From contig CAJINV010000001.1 in NCBI GenBank assembly GCA_905178155.1, forward strand, positions 11,763,832 to 11,827,831: a stretch of 64,000 bases of DNA, given 5' to 3'. A program made the translations under genes and the position numbers. The notes below the pieces were generated by a model. That model ran no database searches and was not told where the DNA came from. It saw nothing but the letters and a program-made list of their open reading frames with translations. Positions 1 to 11,918 of this stretch are shown here, piece after piece; position 1 is the stretch's first letter; each line of letters begins with the position of its first letter. This DNA comes from Amoebophrya sp. A120. Lineage: Eukaryota > Protista > Dinoflagellata.

Positions 1-983
1 GAGCATGACGTTCTCACTGATAGTCAGCAGCACGTCTTTCGCGGCGACCTTTTGGTTCTCGGTTTTCACAGAGACAAGGGTTTGCCCGGTCGCTTTCCCG
101 CGGACCATCAAGACGTCACTGTACTTGCCCTCCTCTTCCAACTGGGTTCGCTGCCCGGATACGTAGGCCCTGGGAGGTGGTATTGTCAGATTTGATATTT
201 TTAAGGCAACGACGACTTTCGAGCGCGCAAGTCTACTAGGCACATAAATTGGTGGTTCTACTTCGAATATGCAATTTTAATACTCAGTTTCCCGCATCTG
301 CGTGTGCTGCAAGATATTGTGGTCCCGGATGCGCCAGTCAAACGAGATTCCCTCCAAGGACGTGAAAAGATTTCTTTCCGCGTCATATCCCTGCACTGCC
401 AATTGGTCGACGTCGTCGACATTTATTCTCCTTGCGGGCGTCACGATTTCCAGGTCCTGGATGTCGCTGACGTACACATCGCAAGGCTTCGACCCAGTCT
501 GCGGATCCTTTGCGAAGATGATACTCTTTCCGGAAGATTTTGGCGCGACAATCGCATAGCCCGGGCCTTGTTCCACGATGGAAACGATATCCTGTTGAGA
601 GGGAGAGGTCGAACATTGGTATTTTCTACAGAAGCGTATCGAGGTGAGATGAAATTTGGTTTTCTAAAATTGACAGATGCACAAATATCAGTCACAGTCG
701 ATCTTCCAGTAAGGGAAAAGCAAAAAACACATCGCAATACCGGCATCAAGCTTTCCCATGAGTAAGTTCCGCCGTATGCTTCGATGCGGTACCGCACATC
801 ACCGTGATTTGGTAATCTGACGGTCTTTGCTGAAATCTTCGATTGCTCAGTGAAAGCCGCCGAAATTCGTTGTGATTGCGCTGAAGTCGCGGCGATCTCT
901 CCCCAAATGGACAGCAAACACCACACCCAGCAGCACAGGCTGGCGATGCAGCGCATCGCGGGTGGTCGTAAAAGCGGAATCAT
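1..983 (-). CDS. NUP210: Nuclear pore membrane glycoprotein gp210, 5' part (runs off the window)
   Basis: Signal-peptide-like N-terminus. After removing GT-AG introns (592-740 and ~170-283) it reads RYRIEAYGGTYSWES...SIIFAKDPQTGSKPCDVYVSDIQDLEIVT...QGYDAERNLFTSLEGISFDW, resembling the gp210 N-terminal Ig-like region. Confidence 0.85.
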
Positions 984-1908
984 TTCAATCGTAGCGTCGT
1001 CCGCAACTACTGCGAGTTATTCAGGAGTCGAAAATCTGCTTCTGCTTGTGAAACATGTATTTGTCGCTTCGGGCCGGTCGCTTGTGGTGCACAAGTTCAA
1101 TCATTCTTACAGCAGTGTGCGGTCGTCGTCCGTTAGCCTGGCTACTTTCTTGCGCTCTTTCCGCCTCGTAGTGACGTTCCAAAAGAGCCTATTTCTGAAT
1201 ATGGTCGAACAAACATATCACAGCCTGGTACAGTGAGAGTGAGAAAGTATGGCAAAAAGATTTCTTTTCGAAGATCATGCGCTCCTTCGTGAACAGAAGA
1301 AGTCAAGAAAAACGTAGGTTATTTCTGAAGCGATCTCTTGAGTCTTTTTCGATCTACAAAGAAGGTGTTGAGGACCTGTACTTATCGTCTGTGAATCCGG
1401 AGCACTTTCGTATTTCATTGATCAAACTCAGCAGCGGAGAGGAAAGAAGGATCACCAAGCACGAACTGGATCTGTACGCTTCTCCTGAATAACGTTAATT
1501 CCACATACTGTGCTAATGTATGGATCTACTAAATTCCGTTACCGTTGCTTATTCTTTGTTATCTTGGCGGCCAGCACGCGTTTGCGAACAGCACAGTGAC
1601 GATATCATCGGTAGGAGACGATCTGTGACAAATAGAGAATCATATTTCAAGTCAAAGAAAAGCTCGTTCTCAGGGGTACAGGAAGGGCATCGCATTTATC
1701 GCAATCGCAGTTGAACTTGGACTTGCAAGCTCGATCTACACGAATTTTCATCGAAAGACAAGGACCCGATCTGTAATAGTCGGAAGGAAATTGATTTTTC
1801 TGTGGCGCTAGCTTTCTCCTTGTTCTGCGGCGTCCACAAATCTGACAAGACACAATATCCGGCTCCTACTTCAGTGGCTTTTAATACATGCAAATTGTTA
1901 GGAACGCT

Positions 1909-4900
1909 TCACTTTTTCTTGACCGGCTTCGCTTTCGGTGCGGCAGACTTCATGGCGGTGGCTTTCGCTTTCGGTGCTGCCTTCATCGGCTTCGCCGCTG
2001 CTTTTTCTTTCGGCTGCGCCTTCATCGCCTTCGCCTTTGGGACGGCCGGCTTCTTCGACCCGGTTCCGGTCGCGGCGTCAGCGTTCTCGGCTGCTGGCGT
2101 GGTATCTTTCTTTTCACCCGACGCCGCGGCCGGCAAAAGCTGTCCGACGGGCTGCTTTTTCTTGCTGGCCACACCTTCATCCTGTTTTTTACTGCTTTTG
2201 CTCCCCCCTGCACCGTTTCCGTTTGTTTGCTTCCGATCAGCAGCCGCCGGGAATATGACCATCACAGCAGTGCGGTATTCCAAGACCGCAGCGTCCGCAG
2301 CCATCGAGTCTTCCGAGCCGCCGAACCCGAAAAACCCCCCACCGCCTCCAAAGCCCGAATCGCTATCACTGAAAGAGTCGTAGAAGTCGAACGGGTCGCG
2401 GTTCTTCTTGCGGCCCATCTTCATCTTCGGCTTTTTTTTGTAGTCCGTCACGAACCGCTCGCCCGCGGCTTGGTCAAAGTCGGCCACCCAAAACATCTTC
2501 TTGGGCACTTTGTTCTGGTCAAACTGACCGATGAAAGTCCCCTCCGCGTAGTTCCCGCGCCAGGCAAAAAATTCGTCTCTCGTCATCGACTTTGGCAACT
2601 TGGGGGGGAACGTCGACAGTATGGAATGTACCAAATTGTCGCCCCACTCGCCGTAGGGATCGTCGTTGTCATCGGTCTCGTAGATGCGGAACTTTATCGT
2701 CAGACCTGATGTAAAGGGATCTTGGACCTCATTTCACCCGAAAAAAAGCTTAAGCTCTAGCTCGCAAATTACTTGCATACATTGACCATTGAAATCGCAA
2801 GAACGAAAGAAAAAAAAACCTTCTCGTACCTGCTGCATTGGCTGCCTGCGCAGCCAGTGCCTCTGCCAACTTCAGCTTCTTGATTTGGCTGCTGTCCAAG
2901 GGGTCGCGTGCGTTCTTCACTGCTTTCTCCTTCTTCGGCGCAGCAGCAGCAGCAGCCGAGGAGCCATTAGCGGCAACAGGGACCGCAGAAGACGAACTGG
3001 ACGCGGCAGCTTGCAGAGGGCGCCCGGAGAGCGCTGCGAGCGCACTGGATAGAGACACCGACTCGTTTTCCTTGGACTTCTTCTTTCCGCGGGGAAAAAT
3101 TCCGGCGTCCGAGTAGGTTCCCTGGCACGGGAACATCAACAAACCACCATCCTGCATGAACAACGGATCCGCGAGCAACTCCCGAAAACACTTCTGCATG
3201 TCCGACATAACCTTCAAGTCCGCCCCCGTCGGCGCCTTCTTTTCCTTTTCCGCGCGCTTCTTCAAAAAAGCCGCGTCACTGAGAAACTCGTCGCTCTCGC
3301 TGAACGTGATGCCCGCCCGCACACTGGAGATGCTTTCCCACAGGTTCTCCACTCTCTCGACACCGGCCTGCGTCACTTCCTCCGGATTCCTCGGGGGTTC
3401 GTCGACCTCCTCGCTGTCCTCTTGGAAGAGTTTGCCCGCCTGCGCAGCGCTCTTCGCTCGGGGCTTCCGCGACGGTGTGGGGGCGGCAATGGGCGCCGTG
3501 TTCTTTCGGGCCTCGTATGAGGGGAAGACCAGACGAAAAAAGGTGCGGACGTAAAAATTGATGTCACTGGCCTCGTTCCCGAAGTATCCGTCCGCGTTCC
3601 ATTCGGTCGATCCGACGTAGTGTTCTTTGTGCGAAAATTTCCCTTCATCTAGCGCCCACACGTCAACCAGCTCCTCGCTCGCGGCTCCGTCGGCCGGCTC
3701 CGCTTTGAAGTGCCGCTCGATTTGGTCGTCGTCCATCCGCCGGGGTAGCGTTTTCCCGACCGGGAACTTTTTCAGCAGGTAGTCGCCGCTGCCGTCACTG
3801 GAGTAGCAGTGGTTGAGATACGGCTGCAAGAAGAACTTCAAGTTGCCCCCCGCGCTGCGCTGCACGGCATCGACGGCGCGGCCGACGAGGGCGTCTTTGC
3901 CCTTCAGGCGTTCGACCTGTTCCTTCGTCAGCGGTGCGTCGGCACTGTGGCTGGACCGTGGAAACACCTCGGTGTTCGTGTAGAGGTGGAAACACGGGAA
4001 CCCTACCGTGCCCCCGTTGGGAAGAAAGTTTTTGTTCTGCACCAGGCCGCCGATCATCGCGGTGAGTTTCGTCTGCTGCTCCGGCTGCGTGAGCTGACGG
4101 GGAATAAGCGCGGTCGCGGAATTGCGATCGGCGCGGCGAATCAGAAACGCTACAGTCATCCGAATACCGTCGGTGATTTTGTGAATCTCGTGATCAATGT
4201 CGGAAAAAAAAGCCGCGCACCGAATGTGCGTCGCGTCCGGAACAGTAACCTTGTTGTTACTAAAAAATCTCGATGGCGGTTCCGCGCCGGCGAGCACTTT
4301 CATTTCCCTCGACCCCGCGGATATCGTCATCGCGCCTCCCTGTTTTTATATGAGTTTAGAATTTCATACTTTCTGTTGTTGTATACTTGCTTCCGTATTA
4401 AATTATGTATCGCACAAAAAAAACAAAGCAAAATACGGCGCAAGAAAAGAGAAAGCCTACGGCGATACCTCGTACTAGCATCCCGGTAACGAAACAACGA
4501 GCGTTCCCAGCATGTCGTCACCCCGTGGCGTGTCTTTGTGCTTGACAAAGTGCCCGTCTTTTTGATACACATTCAAGGAGTACAGCTCGATTTCCAGCGG
4601 CGTGGAAACTTGCAGCGCAATTCCGATTTTCTGAAGTGCTCCCTGCTGCTTCAAAAAATCAGCAAGAAAAACGTCGCCGACTTTCACGCTGAACTTGTCA
4701 CTGGAGAGCTGCAGCGCATCTCGGATGGAAGCATCCCGCTTGGTCTCTGCACCGTGCCCGAAGGCCGCCTGCGGCATCTGACTCAAGAGCGGTTCCAGAC
4801 GAGATTTTTGGTCCTGTAAAATGGTGTAGCGCTTTTTCTCGTCCTCCGAAAACTCTCGCTGGTACAACATGCTCCCAGACTGGGTCGGCGGAGACTTCAA

Positions 4901-5167
4901 TTCGGTGAAAGAAGGCGCCAAGATCGGAAACAGCTGCCCGGTCGCGGACAGCGAGACGGTGGGGATCGCGCCATCACTGGTCCTGATGGTGAAGCTCGTA
5001 GCAAACGGAGACGCAATGCCACCCAGCACGGCCCCGAGCTCACCCGCTTTTTTCTCGTCGTACTCGTTCGAAAACGAATCCTGGTCCGAGCCGCTGCTCG
5101 CGTCCGGCATCTCGACGTCGCCGTCCCCCGACGCCGGGGATCGGGAAGCTAGAACGTTACTAGCCAT
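1909..5167 (-). CDS. 2OG-Fe(II) oxygenase-domain protein with duplicated C-terminal domain and Lys/Ala-rich tail; one in-frame TAG
   Basis: LYSLNVY..GHFVKHKDTPR..MLGTLVVSLP (HxD), AAFFSDIDHEI (distal His) and GIRMTVAF (Arg). GT-AG introns at 4340-4468 and ~2706-2829. In-frame TAG at 4475-4477. Confidence 0.8.
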
Positions 5168-5687
5168 CCTTATAAAACTGAGTTGTACACCGTTCTGGTG
5201 TCCTTTTGTGTACTAGTCAAGAACTTTGCTTCTTCTCTACTCCCATCACTGTTGTAGTTGACGACAAGAACTACCATTACTCTACACAAAAGATCAAGAT
5301 TGCTTTGGCAAATGTGTCGACGATTGCTCGAAAACGAAAAACTCACACAACCCACTCGGGTGCGGGTCTCTATACCCTCTTACACCACCAAATCTTGACT
5401 CCGTGAGGAGGCCCAACCTACTCTCATCTCAAGTCTATTGATTGTGGTTGAACAAGTCGAAGGAAAAAACAAAGCCAACAATAAGTGCCTGCCAAAACAC
5501 TACCGGGTCATGGCAATTTTCCGCCTGCGGCCTAGTGAAATGTTAACGAAAAAACCTGTGCCAGTATAAAACCCAGTACACAGCCGCTCGGTTGTCGAGT
5601 CAAATCTGTACTCATCGAACATTCGCATGCTTTGGCAAATATTCGGTTTTCCGCAATATGTCGTGGCGTCGCTGATTCTCTACTAGG

Positions 5688-8342
5688 TTACGCTTTTACA
5701 ATTTTCCATTCGCTTTTCGGAAAATTTTGCAACGTCGTCGCTTTCCGGCGTAGCAAGGAGTACCCCAAGAACCCGACCACCGCACAGATAGCGCTCATGA
5801 CGTAGAAACCGTCCACAACCGTCGTTGGTTTACAGTCCGTGTCTTTCGGGTTTTTCAGGCACAGGGGATTGGGCTGGGTGACGGTAAGCCAGTCCACCAT
5901 CGAGAACGCTAAGGGAGTGACCCACATACTCCCCATGTTGCCAAACGTGTTCAAGAGCGTCATGTAGGTTCCGCCGATGTCCTTCGGCGAAACCTTGGCG
6001 TAGTAACTCATCTGCGCCACAAACATGGTGGTGGAGATGAAGACTCCGATGATGCTGGTCACGCCAATCAGAAAGTAGTAGACGATCGGAAACTCTGGTA
6101 ACTTCGCCACGTTGGGACAGTAGTACACCATCGCCATGCTAACGAAGCACATAAGGATGCGCGGGAGGTATCTGAGGAAGGCGTTTGGGTTGGATTTTGT
6201 ATTGCTGCTGTCGAGATTCATAATCATACGTAAGAAATCAACCCTTTGCTCGCCTCTTATGGCCTGCGAGTAACTGTCTGACATCAAGACTCAAAGTAGA
6301 ACCGCAATTCAAGTAGTGCCGCACGAGAAAAACAGATGTGTGTCAAAATCGAAAAATTTGATGTCTCTATACAGTGAGATGCAGACGTCAAATGGCCGGT
6401 TGCCCGACGTCCACTTAGAGAGAATCAGTGGCACAAACACGGACAGAACCGTGCACGCTGCGCCAATGTACGCGATATGTTCCTTGGGAATTCCATGGTC
6501 CTGCATCTTCAAGGTGACAATCGCTTCGCACCCTGCGAAAGGAATCTTCCAGAAGAAAAGGATTGCAACAAGTCCTCGAATCGTCCTCAGCCGCCACATC
6601 GCCAGCAACTTATGGAACTGTCAGGATTGAAATCGTCAAAGTTGAAATAGTTTGTGATGCATAAAATGGATGGCAGTTGGAAGCCCAATTTCTAAGCGGT
6701 GCATCACAAATCTCGGCACCGTCTAAATCCAGTTTGTCATGGTGTTTCGAGACAGACGGTGTATGATGTCATGCTACTTGAGCAGCTCTATTTCAGACCC
6801 CAAACAGGCTTACAGTCGGCCTCTCTTGCCATCCCGGCAAGAGAGGCACTTCATGCGTTGCAATTCCTGCATGAGAAATTATTTCAACTCTGACGATTTC
6901 AATCCTGACACTCCCATACAACTGCTTGTAAACCTAGTGATAGATTATGGCAATTCGTTTTCGATATCGCGCTTGCTTTTTTTTTGCAACAACGATGTTG
7001 AATATTGCGATTTATTGAAAAACGATCTCTATCGGTTAAATATTTCACAGTAAGGTCTTTTCTACCTCATACAGCCCTTCGACCTCTTCGTCCTTCGCCA
7101 CGGGTTTTTCACTTTTGAACACCCCGACCAACATGGTAGTGATCAGAAACGCGACGCCGCACAAATACATGAACTGGTCGAAGCCGAGGATTTTGAAATG
7201 ATTCAAACTCAGGGCGCCGATGAAGGCAAACGCGTAGCCAAGCGTCTGCCCCGCGCCGTTACACATGGACTGGTAGCCCACGTTTTCCTCACGCAGAATG
7301 GTCAGCGCCCACCCATCCACCGCGATGTCTTGAGTCGCGCACAGAAAGTAGAGGAAGAAAAAACTCGCGGTAAGGCCGGTCATGTTGATTTCGCCGAGCG
7401 TTTTATCCGGGTGGTGCATATCCAAACCGCCGCACCACTCATTGAAAACGTTGGAAAGGAGGATGAGAACCACGCCGATAAACAGTTGGGTCTGCATTGG
7501 TTTTCATACAAGTCAAGTGCTTAGGTATTTGCCACTTTGAAAAACTTTTGTACAGTCTTTTGATTTCCTGCACCCAGTATAATTCTGTCTCTATTTCACA
7601 ACTTCCGGATTGAAAAGAAGCATCAAAAAATAAATACCGGTATCAGCCAGGTTTTTCTCCGCCCCACTTTGTCCATGTAGCACGAGTCCACAATGGGTGC
7701 CCACAGCAGCTTCATCGAGAACGGCCAGTGCGTCATGGAAAACAGCCCGATCAGAGAGTAGCTGACCCCTCGCTCTTTCAGCAGCAGTGGAATGGTACTG
7801 GCGAAGCCCATCGGAATACCCTGCAACGTGTATAGCGCAAGCAAAATGGCGACGTTTCCGTAGTCGCCCCGCAAATCCGGCTGGAGTTTCGGCTCTGAAT
7901 CCACGTCGTCGTCCACCTCTTCCGGCTCCAGTACCGGTTGCAATTCACTGTCCTTGGCGGCACTCCTGCCCCTGCCGGATTGCTTCACCAGTGCGGCCAT
8001 TTTCCTTTTCCGTGCGAGCGACGTCAACGGTGTTTTGTTTCGTGCCCGGTTTGCGGCAGCGGTCGCTGTGGTTTTGGACGCAGATTGCGTTTTCGCTTTC
8101 GTATTTAGCTGACCGGTGGAGGAACTAGAGGAACTGCTCGTCGCTGCGGCAGTAGTGGAGGATGAAGTAGCTCCGGTAGTTGTGCCGGCCTTCGCACCGC
8201 CGGGACTACGCCCGCGCGCCGCTCCGCCGCCCGGAGATTTACTATTTCCTCCCGCGCTGCTTCGGCGGTTGGCACTGCTGTTTCTGCGATTGGTCGGAGA
8301 CTTTCCTTTGGAACTAGATCTCCTCCCTCCGGCGACTGACAT
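5688..8342 (-). CDS. SLC33A1: Acetyl-CoA transporter 1 (MFS, SLC33A1/AT-1 family)
   Basis: LYTLQGIPMG, WPFSMKLLWAPIVDS, ATQDIAVDGWALT and IGGTYMTLLNT motifs. Three GT-AG introns plus one non-canonical repeat-bounded intron (6611-6918). Confidence 0.92.
6611..6918. mobile_element. MITE-like introner, 308 bp, in SLC33A1
   Basis: ~50-bp imperfect TIRs (TATGG..TGTCAGGATTGAAATCGTCA / TGACGATTTCAATCCTGACA..CCATA) and 5-bp TSD CAACT (6606-6610, 6919-6923). Removing the element plus one TSD restores VYKQLLAMWRL. Confidence 0.92.
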
Positions 8343-8800
8343 TGTAGCGCTTTAAGGAGCGAGAGCGAAAGTGGTCATCGAGTGAGAAACAATCCTAGTG
8401 TTATTTGAGTCTAAACTATAGAGACTACACCCGTACTAGCTCCCGATTGGCGTGACGGTACATTTAGATCCGCACTGTAGATTGCTCATAAACTTGTGCT
8501 CGTCCACCTGAATTGCCAGCTGCATCGCAAAGAGTTCCTCGAACATTCGAGTGTTTGATCGTGGGTTGAAAGAGAGCTTGGAAAAGGAGAATGGAACTTT
8601 GACGTAAGTTTGACGTTGCGTTTGGACCACTTTTGAGAACACATTTGCTTTCATTTAGAGTTTCCCGTGTGTGCTGACTGCAACGGGAATCACCCAGAGC
8701 GAGGGTGAAGATGATGCGCGTCTAAGCAATTGTCGTGGTTCAGAGCTTGTGTCACGTTCGTTCATCGAGTCTGGCATAATTCGTAAAAAGAGAATGCGTT

Positions 8801-11149
8801 CTAAGCGGTCGCAGTGGGTTTTGCGCGTGGCTTCGGACCCCAGTTTTTCTCTGGGTTTGGAAGGAAGCGTGCAACTTTTTTAACCGTTGTCGTCGGTGTG
8901 ATCACGGGACTTGGTTCTTCGTCGAACAGAGTATCCCAATCAAGTCCATCGACCCCGTCAGTGAGAATTGCTCGGTCCAGCAGTTTGTTTTCCAGTGCAG
9001 TCGCGACCTGCGCCTCTCGTTTCGCCTTCTTTTTGCTTACTGTTTGTTCTTTCCCCTCTCCCTCTTTCACCTTCAGCGCTGCGGAATGCTTTGCCCATTT
9101 GCGAATCACGTCGTATACGACTTGGTTGTCCGCGTCGGTCTTCACAGCGTTCGCGTCTCGGTGGAAGTGGCTTATTCTGTAGCCAAGCTTCTTTATCGCC
9201 GCCCGAAACCTGCGCATGGGGACACAGTCCGCGCGGACGCTGCTGCAGAGCGCCGGGAGGTTGTAGTGCAGCGGTACGTCCAGGAGCTCTTCACTCATGG
9301 CAGTGAGCATGCCTTGGATTTTTCTCCATTGGGTGATGTGGGGAAGAAGAAAATCCTTGTCCGTGCACTTGGTGATTTCCGGAACTGGGTTCTTCTTCGT
9401 CTCAGGAGAATTCGTCCCTGCTTCGGAAACTTTTATCTTCTCCCCTTCGTTCTTACTGCTCACGTCGTCCACTTTTCTTCGCTTGGCATCGGAAGTCTCG
9501 TCCTCCTTCTTTTCCTCGGGATCCTCTGCTACGGCCGTAAACAGATTCAGTTCACACACTGCCAAGCAGGCGTGCAAAAAAGTCGGATCGTACAAAGGTC
9601 CGAGGTAGCACGGTCCACCCAGCGACATGCGGCCGCCGCACTGCCTGCACTCACCGCCGACGCCGTTTTGGACCTTCGCTGGCCGGTACTTCAGGCCTTT
9701 TTTTGGCTGTGCAGGTTTTTTCGGCGCTCGCGCTTCGCTGACCGCGGTGAGAATTCTGTTGTCCAGAAGGGATTCCGGATCGACTACATCCATGTCTTCG
9801 TCATCGTGAGCGGTGGTGCTGGACGAATTCGGCTCAGCGACTGGCTGTGATTCCGCATCATGTTCTTCTTTATCCGCCTTGGTGCCACCATCGGCTCCTT
9901 CTGTTCGATTCCCCTGCTGCTCCTGCTTCCCCGGCTTGTTCTCTCCACCGTACCGGGGCTTCTTTGGCTCCGGAAATTCTTGGCTGCCCAGAGGCTGGAT
10001 ATCGAAGCTTTCGCACTGCACGCATTGGAAGACAATACCCGTGTTTTTGGCCAAGTCCTTGGCTTGCAGCGGAGAGTCCCTTACTCGGACGAAGACGCGA
10101 ATGTAAAAATCCATGCTCGCGCAGACGAGAGGCTCCACGACCCTGAGTTTTCAAAATTCTTGAGTTAATGAAAACTTCCACAAATCAACGCACAAAAAAA
10201 GAGAAAGCCGGTCTTTGTACTTGTACAGCAGAAAAATTGTCCAAAAAAAAATTAGTCTTCCATCGTTCCAGTACCTCTGATGCCTCGCGGCCGTCGACTG
10301 GATGGCGTTCAGCAGCAGCCTCAAGCTCATCTCGTGCACGTATTTCGCCTTCAGCGGTGTGCCGCCATAACGGTAGAAGCACGCTTCGGGGTGGTTCCCG
10401 CCGAGAATGGGCATGTCCGTCGAGGTGACACACAGTAGCCCTCCGTTCTTAATCCCGCGAATCGCAGCGTCCAGAAATGGCGAAGCAGTGCCGTACGGGT
10501 CGAGGTCAATGACGTCATACGCCTTGAAACCCTCTGTGTAGCAGTGCATGATGGCATCTCCGTGGTTTGGCCGCACTTTGTCGCTCGGGACGTCGTTTGC
10601 CTTCAGGTTTTCTTTCATGTGCTTCACCGCGGTCTCGTCAAAATCGTTTACCGTGATGTTTTTCACGAAAGGGACCTCCTTCCAGTACCGCACAGACCGA
10701 AGGCCAGACGCTGCCAGGGCCTCAAGAACGGAGACGCCTGTAGATTTGTTTGATTTTTTCAGATTGAAGCATACTTCCCATTGATTTTTTCTCCACTTCT
10801 ACCACGAAGCAGGGCACGAGATGCAAAATTTCCATCCTAGAAGGCTGGCTTCACAAAATTCCGAGTTAGAAGGATTCATACCTTCATAAGCTTCATAAAT
10901 TTGCTTCCCGTCTAGTATTCGTTTTCTTTCCTTCTCCTTCTCCTCCAGTCGCTTCATAACCGAGTACACTGTGAGTATCACAATGCTCAAATCTCGGTTG
11001 TACACCTGCGCTGGGTTGTAGAAGACATTCTGCTTGCTAGCATCATCCCGCTTGGACGAGGCTGAAGCCGCTGACACAGAGAAGATCTTCGCGCTGCCCT
11101 CCCGGATGTCGCTGGACGCAGCAGCTGGCGCACCGCCGGTCGCAGTCAT
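8801..11149 (-). CDS. TRM1: tRNA (guanine26-N2)-dimethyltransferase
   Basis: VFYNPAQVYNRDLS, VLEALAASGLRSVRY, YDVIDLDPYG, GGLLCVTSTDM, CxxC...CxxC and RFLPNPEKNWGPKPRA. Two GT-AG introns. Confidence 0.95.
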
Positions 11150-11918
11150 TTCCGAAATGAAATAAAGGCGTAAGAACAAGAAGCGTAAGTATCTATTTCG
11201 AAGTCAACGACTGAAAAGTTTACAAAACAGCGAAGAAAGGTGTTGGCTCTAGATCGTCGTAGCTGCTCATATGCCTTTTCATCCTGGGAAACTAAAAGTG
11301 AACGAGCTACATGGAGGGGTCGCCTGGGCAGATCGAAACAGTGTACAATGGGTCGTGGCTCCTAATGCCAATACGGTTTGATGAACTGTATGATGAAATT
11401 CACACGAGTGAGATCCAGATCGCGAGATCCATAACAGACTGACATTTGATCATCAAGATCTTTGCTACTGCTTTTGTCGCACGTTATCATTTTCGCATCC
11501 GATTCTCTGTTCTCTTGCGGCTTGTTCATCACGGACAGATCGTTAAACAGAGAAAGATATTCTGCCGACGTCACAGGACACACAGAACCACGTGCACGGT
11601 TCAAATCCGAAATATTCCTTTCGTGATCTGGGTCAATGGTTAGTTTCAACTTTCGCCTGGACACAAATCCACGCGGGCACTAGATTAACGTCTGTGGATC
11701 TTCGATCTCGCTTAAGAGCGTGCATCGTTGCTGTTCATCCTCGCATACGTACGCATGCATTGATATCACTCCTTCGCGAAAAGAGCGCCAACTCGGTTGA
11801 GCTACAATGGTCTGATGCGGTGTAATGTTGATGTAGCAAAATGTTAATAGTGGACTTCAAAGACCTAACTAGAAGTTCACTTCTGGAAATAAAGGCCGAC
11901 TCGTATAATGAGTTTTCT

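Noticed and set aside
11362-11664. 100-aa minus-strand ORF (and similar short ORFs at 1277-1492 and 60252-60840)
   Set aside because: No recognisable motif or consistent splice model.
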